Below are positions 30,451 through 37,874 of a stretch of 37,874 bases of DNA, one piece after another. The notes beneath the pieces were generated by a model. That model had not been told where the DNA came from and did not search any database. It was given only the letters and a program-made list of their open reading frames with translations. The stretch is from Streptococcaceae bacterium. GTDB lineage: Bacteria; Bacillota; Bacilli; Lactobacillales; Streptococcaceae. The stretch covers positions 1 to 37,874 of the forward strand of contig JAISYB010000094.1 in assembly GCA_031270215.1 (NCBI GenBank), in the 5' to 3' direction. Every line of letters starts with the position of its first letter. Position 1 is the first letter of the stretch. The position numbers and the translations under genes were made by a program.

Positions 30451-30506
30451 TATTCGTGACGTGGAAAATTTGCCAAAAAAGCGATAAATTTCTACAACGC
30501 TAAACA
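30451..30506 (+). repeat. Internally deleted copy of dispersed repeat family
   Basis: TATTCGTGA...TTGCCAAAAAAGCGATAAATTTCTACAACGCTAAAC. Confidence 0.4.
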
Positions 30507-30744
30507 CCAAGTTCCAGCTTTAGTTAGCAATACACCATCAATTATCACAATGTCAGGCACATGGTTATTCATTTAAAGCACAACAAATTCTGCCTACATG
30601 TTAAAGCACGAACGTTGCAGTCAAGCAAACAACGTCTGCCACAATGCTCGTGTTTTATTTTGATTGTTCTAAGATTAAATTTTATTATCGTTTTTGAAAT
30701 TTTAAGCAAAGCACATCGCTCGCCTTACTTAATGCGTATTGCTT

Positions 30745-32061
30745 TTAACTTCTTGTGCCACTTTCGTTTGGAATCGTTAGCTTAAAGGCTGTTCCACGTG
30801 GAAAATTATCGTAAACTTCAACCTTCCCCTTTAAGATGTCGATGAGTTGTTTCAACAGCGAAAGTCCCAGACCCAGACCGCCGTTAGTTCGTGTCCGAGC
30901 TTTATCTACACGGTAAAAACGTTCAAAAACTTTTACTTTATCATTTTCGCTAATACCCAGACCGTTGTCCTTAACGCTGATGATGATGTCCTTTTTATTT
31001 TGAACAACAATTAATTCAATCAAACCATCATCTCCTGTGTATTTCAAGGCATTGTCAAACAAAATCGTCACTAGCTGCTTTAGAATTTGCTGATCCTGCT
31101 TGAAATTTTGAACGTCAGAGATTTCTGCAACGAATTTTTTGCCCCCCAGTCGTGCCAGCTCCGAATAGCTTGCAGCCAATTTGTCAAAAAAGCTACGCTC
31201 AATCCATTCCGGATTTAAATCCAGCTGCTTGCGATCTTCCTTGGCAAGGCTGAGCAGACTTGAAGTTAGAAAGCGCATATTACGAACTTCATTGAGTGAG
31301 TCCGCAATGTTTTCTGAATTCTCCATAATCGTTGACTCCGGCTTTTGAAACAAGCGCTCCAAACGATTTTGTAAAATCGCTAGTGGTGTCCTGAGCTCGT
31401 GGGAAGCATTTGAAACAAACGCGCGCTGCTTCTCCCAGTTCTTGATAATCGGACGCATTGACATCTTGGTTAAGAACCAGCTAATAACAATTGATATCAG
31501 CCAAAACGCAACCATTGTGTATAAGATAATGCCTTTGAAATGCTTGACCGAGGCGCTGACCTGATTTGTATTCGCCATGATTTGCACATAGGCGACCTCC
31601 GTTTCCCCAGTAGTGCCAACAACCTTGATTTTCTTTGTTAAGCTACGAAACTCTGAAACTTGGTTGAACTGATTTTTTAGACTCAGGTTAATGACTGAAT
31701 TAACATCAGCTTGCGAAAATTTCAAGCCTTGAGATAGCGTTGGGTGCCCGATTTGATTGGACGAAATCAACAGCTGACCGTTCTTATCCCAAAAGACAAT
31801 CTGGATTGTCATATCAATCTGACCGGCAGGACTAAGGCTATTTGTTCCGTCAGTATTCAACATTTGGTATAAAGTTCTGGGGTCATTTGCCAAGCGCTCC
31901 AAGTTTTTATCAATTGAACTATAGGACGTCTGCACAAGGATTTGAATTACAATAAATGCTAAAGTCGTAAAAATCAAGGCAAAAGCGAGTAAGTAGCGCA
32001 GAAAGAACTTGGCATCAATTGAGGCTAGAAATTTATTAATTTTCCGTCTCCATCCGTTCAT
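30745..32061 (-). CDS. ciaH: Sensor histidine kinase, CiaH-like
   Basis: Two TMs, [56 protein letters not shown]. Confidence 0.88.
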   Translation of the reverse strand: MNGWRRKINKFLASIDAKFFLRYLLAFALIFTTLAFIVIQILVQTSYSSIDKNLERLANDPRTLYQMLNTDGTNSLSPAGQIDMTIQIVFWDKNGQLLISSNQIGHPTLSQGLKFSQADVNSVINLSLKNQFNQVSEFRSLTKKIKVVGTTGETEVAYVQIMANTNQVSASVKHFKGIILYTMVAFWLISIVISWFLTKMSMRPIIKNWEKQRAFVSNASHELRTPLAILQNRLERLFQKPESTIMENSENIADSLNEVRNMRFLTSSLLSLAKEDRKQLDLNPEWIERSFFDKLAASYSELARLGGKKFVAEISDVQNFKQDQQILKQLVTILFDNALKYTGDDGLIELIVVQNKKDIIISVKDNGLGISENDKVKVFERFYRVDKARTRTNGGLGLGLSLLKQLIDILKGKVEVYDNFPRGTAFKLTIPNESGTRS

Positions 32062-32738
32062 TTCTCCTCCATTTTGTTCAAAATATAGCCGACAGACCTA
32101 ATCGTCGATAAATGCTTTTCAAATTGGCTGTCCTTTAAATTCTTACGCAGCTTAGAAACGTAAACTTCAACCACTTGAATTGTTGTATCGCTATCAAAGC
32201 CCCAAAGTCGATCAAAAATTTGTTCTTTTGGAATGATTGCGCCCTGATTTTGCAAGAAATAAATGAGTAATTCGTATTCCTTGCCCGCAATATTTTTACG
32301 TTCTCCGTCTATCTTAACAACATTTCCTTGAAGATTTACTTCCAAATCACCGTATTTCAACGCATGCTCCTCAAGCTTTCCAGAGCGTTTCAAAAGAGAT
32401 TTGATTCGCATCTTCAACTCCTCCAGATAAAACGGCTTAGTTAAATAATCATCTGCGCCAATTTCAAAACCATGCGCTTTATCACTAATCCCCTCCTTTG
32501 CAGTCATAATCAGAACAGGCGTTTCAATCCCTTCCTTTCTTAATTCTCGCAAAACATCAAATCCATCAATTTCAGGCAACATCAAATCAAGCAAAATTAA
32601 ATCGTAAATATTGGTCTTGGCTTCAAATAAACCCTCATAACCGTCAAAAACCTGCAACACTTCATAGCTTTCATCTAAAAAATCAAAGATTGAATTAGAT
32701 AAACTCAAATCATCTTCTACTAATAATATTTTGATCAT
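32058..32738 (-). CDS. ciaR: OmpR-family response regulator, CiaR-like
   Basis: [22 protein letters not shown]...[12 protein letters not shown]...[25 protein letters not shown] 32738 with GAGGTG. Confidence 0.92.
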   Translation of the reverse strand: MIKILLVEDDLSLSNSIFDFLDESYEVLQVFDGYEGLFEAKTNIYDLILLDLMLPEIDGFDVLRELRKEGIETPVLIMTAKEGISDKAHGFEIGADDYLTKPFYLEELKMRIKSLLKRSGKLEEHALKYGDLEVNLQGNVVKIDGERKNIAGKEYELLIYFLQNQGAIIPKEQIFDRLWGFDSDTTIQVVEVYVSKLRKNLKDSQFEKHLSTIRSVGYILNKMEEK

Positions 32739-32767
32739 AACATCCACCTCTATGTTTTATATGCTTT

Positions 32768-32800
32768 ATTATACCTCAAAATACTTAAATGAAACTAAAA
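32768..32800 (-). promoter_or_regulatory. CiaR-box promoter (autoregulation of ciaRH)
   Basis: TTTTAG-N5-TTTAAG, 10 nt, TATAAT: the known CiaR-activated promoter geometry. Confidence 0.85.
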
Positions 32801-32801
32801 A

Positions 32802-33105
32802 AGCGTTTAACGACATAGCAATTAAGAAATTGATGTCTTTCATACGCAATGTTCGGAAATTTTCGCTTTCTAGGCATTCAAGTTGAGGCTGACCCAAAAG
32901 TCTAAAATTCGCTGATGATGAAATACAAAAAAACGCATGAAATTCATTTGTGGAAACATTGATTTCATACGATTTTTCTATTTTCAAGAGTTTTGGGTCA
33001 AACTCTTACGGAAAAGCTAGTGGCAACACACCTTAGCCGCTTTCCCTTAGATGCTACTACTTAATCACGAACGTTAAACAGAGATGCGACTTGTGTCTTA
33101 GTCTA
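32802..33105 (-). repeat. Dispersed intergenic repeat, interrupted copy
   Basis: Two halves (33105-33006 and ~32884-32802) align colinearly with 16773-17000. Confidence 0.85.
32885..33005. mobile_element. 121-bp MITE-like element nested in the repeat
   Basis: 19-bp terminal inverted repeats GAGGCTGACCCAAAAGTCT / AGAGTTTTGGGTCAAACTC (16/19), internal palindrome, no ORF; absent from the homologous copy. Confidence 0.7.
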
Positions 33106-33115
33106 AATAAATCGT

Positions 33116-34930
33116 CTACTCAACTGTCACTGATTTGGCAAGATTTCTTGGCTTATCTACATCTAATCCCCGATGTAGCGAAGCGTAGTATGCCAAAAGC
33201 TGTGTCGGAATCACGGTTACTAGTGGGGTGAGTAGCGGATGTACATTTGGAATGACAATCTCATCTTCATCAATTGCGCAAGCCTCTGTCGCAATGACTA
33301 ACGTATTTGCACCACGAGAATAGACCTCCATTAGATTTCCGCGAGTATGTGGCGCAAGACGTAAGTCACTAATCAAGGCAATGACCGGTGTCCCTTCCTC
33401 AATCAAAGCAATCGTACCATGCTTGAGCTCCCCTGCTGCAAAGCCTTCACATTGGATATAGGAGATTTCTTTCATCTTGAGTGAAGCTTCCTTGGCAACG
33501 TGATAATCACTACCACGCCCAATATAAAAGCAATTGCGTGTATCCTCGGTATATTGATAAGTCAAATCATCAATTACCTCTTTCATGTCAACAATTGCAG
33601 CAATCGCCGTTGCAGCAATCCCCAACTCCCGCACCAAATCAAGCGTTACAGCTTGCGGATTAGAAAGCTTCACTCCAATTGCTTTTGCAAGAATCAACAT
33701 CATGGCGACCTGCGCCGTATAAGCCTTGGTTGAAGCAACGGCAATCTCAGGGCCTGCATGTAGTAGTAGCGTATGCGCTGCCTCTCTTGAAAGAGTAGAG
33801 CCTGGCACATTGGTGATGGTCAAAGCATTTAAGCCCAAACGATTTGTTTCTACCAAGACTTGGCGCAAATCTGCCGTTTCTCCTGATTGAGTTAGATAAA
33901 TAAAGAATGGTTTTTTGGATAAAATCGGAAAATTATAAGCAAATTCGCTCGCCGTATGCACACTAACCGGAATACCCGTCAGCTGCTCAAAAGTCTGCTT
34001 GCTCGCCCAGCCAGCATTTTCTGATGTCCCTGCTGCGACAACATAAAGCTGGTCGCTTGCTAAAATATCCGCTAAAATGGCTTCATCTATCATCATCTCG
34101 CCTGTTCCGTTTGTATATTTTTGGAGCAGGGTGCGAATGACTGTCGGTTGATCGTTGATTTCCTTTAACATATAAAACGGGAACGTTCCCTTACCAATAT
34201 CAGATAAATCAAGCTCGGCAGTAAATGGCTTGCGGACAACCTCCGCGCCTGTTATCGTCAAAATTTTCAGTTCATCTTTTCTTAGAATAACCATTTCATC
34301 ATCATGGATTTCTAAAAATTGATTTGTTTCACGAATCATTGCCATTGCATCACTACAAACCATGTTATAATCTTCCCCTAGACCGATTAATAACGGTGAT
34401 TTCCTTTTAGCGACATAGATAGTTCCCATGTCTGTCGTGTCCATTAAAGCAAAGGCAAAGCTGCCGCTAATCAATGATAGAGCTTTTTGGAATGCCTCCT
34501 GAGTGCTCAAATTATCCCTCTCAACTAATTTAGCAATCAAATTAACCGCAATTTCAGTGTCCGTTTCGCCTGCAAGCTTAACGTCTGCTAGATATTTCTC
34601 TCTTAATGCCACAAAATTTTCAATGACACCGTTATGCACCAAAACAAAACGACCGCTTTGTGATAAATGCGGGTGTGCATTATCAACTGTCGGCTTACCA
34701 TGCGTTGCCCATCTAGTGTGACCGATACCGGCAGAACCTGAAATATCAATCCCTATCTTTGCTCTTAAATCGCTAATTCTGCCAACTGCTTTGATGAGCT
34801 TGAAGCGATTCACTCCCGAGGTCACGTAAATTCCGGCAGAATCATAGCCACGATACTCCAACTTTTCTAAACCCTGCAATAAAATATCTGTTGTGTTTTT
34901 ATTCCCAACAACTCCGACAATACCACACAT
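33116..34930 (-). CDS. glmS: Glutamine-fructose-6-phosphate aminotransferase
   Basis: MCGIVG, EYRGYDSAG, GHTRWATHG, PRNLAKSVTVE. Confidence 0.99.
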   Translation of the reverse strand: MCGIVGVVGNKNTTDILLQGLEKLEYRGYDSAGIYVTSGVNRFKLIKAVGRISDLRAKIGIDISGSAGIGHTRWATHGKPTVDNAHPHLSQSGRFVLVHNGVIENFVALREKYLADVKLAGETDTEIAVNLIAKLVERDNLSTQEAFQKALSLISGSFAFALMDTTDMGTIYVAKRKSPLLIGLGEDYNMVCSDAMAMIRETNQFLEIHDDEMVILRKDELKILTITGAEVVRKPFTAELDLSDIGKGTFPFYMLKEINDQPTVIRTLLQKYTNGTGEMMIDEAILADILASDQLYVVAAGTSENAGWASKQTFEQLTGIPVSVHTASEFAYNFPILSKKPFFIYLTQSGETADLRQVLVETNRLGLNALTITNVPGSTLSREAAHTLLLHAGPEIAVASTKAYTAQVAMMLILAKAIGVKLSNPQAVTLDLVRELGIAATAIAAIVDMKEVIDDLTYQYTEDTRNCFYIGRGSDYHVAKEASLKMKEISYIQCEGFAAGELKHGTIALIEEGTPVIALISDLRLAPHTRGNLMEVYSRGANTLVIATEACAIDEDEIVIPNVHPLLTPLVTVIPTQLLAYYASLHRGLDVDKPRNLAKSVTVE

Positions 34931-34958
34931 ATCAATACCTGCTTTCTTCGTTTTTCTA

Positions 34959-35050
34959 AAATGGTATAGCTAATGTTATTTTTATTACATCAACAAATGT
35001 ATCGCTTTTTGTTGTTTTTGTCAAATATTTTGTATATTGGTATACTTTTG
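34959..35050 (-). promoter_or_regulatory. glmS promoter flanked by two NagR-like (dre) sites
   Basis: TTGACA-17-TACATT (35024-34996); AAATGGTATAGCTAAT (34959-34974) and ATTGGTATACTTTTG (35036-35050). Confidence 0.65.
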
Positions 35051-35159
35051 TTGCCAGGATTTTATAATTTATCAATAAAAACAGGGACTTCCTACTTTCT
35101 ACATTCTCCGCTTTTCGTTACAATAAAGGTAGTCAAACTTCAAATAGAAAGGAATAGCT

Positions 35160-36479
35160 ATGACATTTAGTGAAAAAGTTTTTCGTGATCCAGTTCACAA
35201 CTACGTTCATGTCAATCAAAGGATTATCTATCAGCTGATTAATACCAGAGAATTTCAACGGCTCAGACGTATCAAACAGCTCGGAACATCGAGTTTTACT
35301 TTCCATGGCGCTGAACATTCGAGATTTTCCCATAGCTTAGGTGTCTATGAAATCACTCGAAAAATCACAGAAATGTTTGAAACGAAATATCCTGCTTCAA
35401 AGCTTAAAGGCGGCTGGCTTCCTGAGGAAACGTTAATCGCTTTGATTGCAGCGCTGCTCCATGACATCGGACACGGTGCTTATTCACATACTTTTGAACA
35501 TATCTTTAAAACTGACCACGAGCACATCACGCAGGAGATTATCACTAGCGACACTACCGAGGTTGGTCAACTTCTTAGGCAATATGACACGTCACTCCCT
35601 GAAAAAGTCGCAGCCGTGATTAGCCATGACTATCCAAATCCGCAGGTTACCTCTTTGATTTCCTCGCAGATTGATGCCGATAGAATGGACTACCTGCTGC
35701 GTGACGCTTATTTTACAGGGGCAACGTATGGCAATTTCGATTTAACGCGTATTCTTCGTGTTATCAGACCACATGCTTCCGGAATTACTTTTAAAAGATC
35801 CGGAATGCATGCAGTCGAGGACTATCTGGTTAGTCGTTATCAGATGTATATGCAGGTTTATTTTCACCCTGCAAGCCGCTCAGTTGAGGTGATTTTAAAT
35901 CATTTACTCAAGAGAGCCAAAATCGTTTTCGCTGAGGATTTCGACTTTTTCCAAAGAACCAGCCCAAGATTGCTCCCTTTTTTCAGCAATCATTTCACCC
36001 TAAGTGACTATCTTGCGCTTGACGATAGTGTTTTAAACACCTATATCTCAGTTTGGATTAACCACCCGGACGCGATATTAAGTGATTTGGCGGATCGCTT
36101 TATCAATCGCAGAATCTTTAAATCAATCATCTTCGATGACGAAGAACAACTAGCGCCACTCTTAAAAAATATTGAGGCAGCAGGCTTTGACCCTAGCTAT
36201 TACACAGCAATTCACTCAAGCTTTGACTTGCCATATGACCTGTATCGCCCAAAGACAATTAACCCTAGAACGCAAATTGAGATAATCGAAGCTGACGGCA
36301 CATTAGCTGAGCTGTCTTCGCTTAGCCCGATTGTTAAGGCATTGACCGGAATTAAGGCGGGAGATAAGCGTTTCTTTTTCCCAAAGGAAATGCTACTTGA
36401 GCAAACGAGTTTGTTTAGCGAAGCAATCGAAGCATTTCAGGAAAAAATCAAAAATGGAAAATTAAAAAAGGAGCTGTAA
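35160..36479 (+). CDS. HD-domain phosphohydrolase (YwfO/EF1143-like)
   Basis: FRDPVH.Y, EFQRLRRIKQLG, HSRFSHSLG, LLHDIGHG, QIDADRMDYL.RD. Confidence 0.95.
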   Translation: MTFSEKVFRDPVHNYVHVNQRIIYQLINTREFQRLRRIKQLGTSSFTFHGAEHSRFSHSLGVYEITRKITEMFETKYPASKLKGGWLPEETLIALIAALLHDIGHGAYSHTFEHIFKTDHEHITQEIITSDTTEVGQLLRQYDTSLPEKVAAVISHDYPNPQVTSLISSQIDADRMDYLLRDAYFTGATYGNFDLTRILRVIRPHASGITFKRSGMHAVEDYLVSRYQMYMQVYFHPASRSVEVILNHLLKRAKIVFAEDFDFFQRTSPRLLPFFSNHFTLSDYLALDDSVLNTYISVWINHPDAILSDLADRFINRRIFKSIIFDDEEQLAPLLKNIEAAGFDPSYYTAIHSSFDLPYDLYRPKTINPRTQIEIIEADGTLAELSSLSPIVKALTGIKAGDKRFFFPKEMLLEQTSLFSEAIEAFQEKIKNGKLKKEL

Positions 36480-36481
36480 TA

Positions 36482-37288
36482 TTGATTAAATTAGTAGCAA
36501 TTGACATTGACGGAACATTATTAAACGATAAACGAGAAATCACGCCGGAGGTAAAATCAGCCATTCGCCGCGCTAAGGAAAAGGGTGTTAAAATCGTCAT
36601 CACGACCGGCAGACCGTTTCACGGTGTAAAAGACATCTTAGCAGAGCTTAATTTACTGGAGGACGGTGATTACGTGATTACCTTTAACGGTGCATTAGTC
36701 GTTAGGACTAAGGATAATAGCGAATTTATCCGGAAACCGTTGGCATATGAAGATTATTTAGATATTGAGCGTTTATCAAGGGAATTAAATGTTCACCTGC
36801 ACGCTAACGCCGCCGACTGTATCTATACCGCTAATCGCAATATCTCAAAATACACGGTCAATGAAGCGTTTATCGTTGATATGCCGCTTTTATACCGCAC
36901 GCCAGAGGAGATGACACCTAATCTTGAAATCATAAAATGTATGTATATTGATGAGCCTGAGTTTTTAGATAAGGTCATTCCACAGATTGAAGAAAGGTTT
37001 GAAGATCGGTTTACAATGGTTCGCAGTACACCTTTCTACTATGAGCTGCTCAATCGAGAAGTCAGCAAGGGACAGGCTGTTATCGCTTTAGCAATCAAAT
37101 TAGGGTTTACGCAAAGCGAAACAATGGCGATTGGCGATGCGGACAATGACATAGCCATGCTTGAGGTTGTCGGTCATCCTGTTGCCATGGGAAATGCGAC
37201 GGAAAATATTCTGGCGGTCGCTAGAAAGGTCACTAAATCAAATAACGAGCACGGTGTCGCCCATGCAATCGAGCAATGGGTGCTGTAG
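36482..37288 (+). CDS. Cof-type HAD-IIB hydrolase (YidA-like sugar phosphatase)
   Basis: DIDGTLL, TTGRP, SKG, GDADND..ML, MGNA. Confidence 0.96.
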   Translation: MIKLVAIDIDGTLLNDKREITPEVKSAIRRAKEKGVKIVITTGRPFHGVKDILAELNLLEDGDYVITFNGALVVRTKDNSEFIRKPLAYEDYLDIERLSRELNVHLHANAADCIYTANRNISKYTVNEAFIVDMPLLYRTPEEMTPNLEIIKCMYIDEPEFLDKVIPQIEERFEDRFTMVRSTPFYYELLNREVSKGQAVIALAIKLGFTQSETMAIGDADNDIAMLEVVGHPVAMGNATENILAVARKVTKSNNEHGVAHAIEQWVL

Positions 37289-37449
37289 AAAAGTTGAGTC
37301 AATTGAGATTTGCCTGATAAGACTTTCTGAAAAAGGCAGCTGCAAGGGCAAAAAAGCAAGACGAGATAAGCTTGTCAGCCCGCTAGCTTTGCCGAGCCGC
37401 TTTTCACCAATCCCACAATAAAGCTTTTAAACAGACGGAACAATACGAA

Positions 37450-37490
37450 ACCCCTATAAAGTAGATAATCCAAATCCGCTTTATAGGGGT
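37450..37490. terminator. Hairpin between convergent genes
   Basis: 12-bp stem ACCCCTATAAAG/CTTTATAGGGGT. Confidence 0.7.
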
Positions 37491-37576
37491 CAGTTGTTTA
37501 AGCTGCTCAATCATCTGCCAGCTGCGTAAAATCACCGTTTGAAGTCTTCATATACTTCATCATGGGTTTGGTGGAG

Positions 37577-37874
37577 CTACGGAGCTACGTCCTCCTTCCA
37601 GTTGTTGACATAGACATACATCGCAGGGCAGACACCTAGGTTAGAAGTCGTTGGCATAGAGTCATTGAAGTCGCCATCGTCAACAGCTGCTCCCCAATCT
37701 TGACAAACGCCGGGTGAGCGTAACCAATATTCATCTCCAATTCGCACTCTGAGTCCGATATCATACGGAGCGCCAGCCCAGACCTCATCTATTTTCCAAA
37801 TATCACCCAAGCTTAGGGCAAACGCCTGCTTTTGATAGCCGGTTCCGCTAGATTTTAAGCTATCACCATCACCT
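37577..37874 (-). CDS. 3' end of a DUF6273-like protein; 5'-partial
   Basis: Frame open to the window edge: ...QAFALSLGD...YWLRSPG...GVCPAMYV, matching the F.LS..(E/D) / WLRSP / GVRPA pattern. Confidence 0.7.
   Translation of the reverse strand, partial: GDGDSLKSSGTGYQKQAFALSLGDIWKIDEVWAGAPYDIGLRVRIGDEYWLRSPGVCQDWGAAVDDGDFNDSMPTTSNLGVCPAMYVYVNNWKEDVAP

Noticed and set aside
34931..35159. glmS ribozyme
   Set aside because: Leader too short and conserved core absent.
37577..37874. Diversity-generating retroelement
   Set aside because: No reverse transcriptase and no template/variable repeat pair in the window.

Overview
Chromosomal window from a low-GC lactic acid bacterium (Lactobacillales). 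The gene content (ciaRH with a CiaR box, the ferredoxin/LysM/cmk/infC arrangement, glmS without a ribozyme) looks Streptococcaceae-like; the genus cannot be fixed by eye. Nearly all genes are on the minus strand. The core backbone is hrcA-grpE-dnaK-dnaJ (two CIRCE sites), infC-rpmI-rplT (L20 leader, ATA start), cmk, a LysM membrane protein, ferredoxin, a CPBP protease, an aldo/keto reductase, clpB (CtsR box), a stand-alone argH, ciaRH, glmS, an HD protein and a Cof/HAD hydrolase. Accessory content: (i) a partial SipW-signal-type, TasA-like secreted protein gene missed by the ORF track, with a (CCTGT)10 microsatellite at its promoter and a ~20-bp periodic array upstream; (ii) an intact Rgg regulator and a decayed Rgg paralog, which flank an unannotated transcription unit (promoter, ~170-nt strongly structured leader with a possible pseudoknot, 26-aa His-rich ORF, terminator); (iii) an ~11.3-kb WxL surface cluster with its own sortase and Mga-like regulator between cmk and infC, whose subunit N-termini suggest a donor-strand fibre; (iv) a dispersed intergenic repeat family, one copy carrying a nested 121-bp MITE-like element; (v) the 3' end of a DUF6273-like gene at the right edge. 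All calls come from reading the sequence by eye; no database search or folding program was run.
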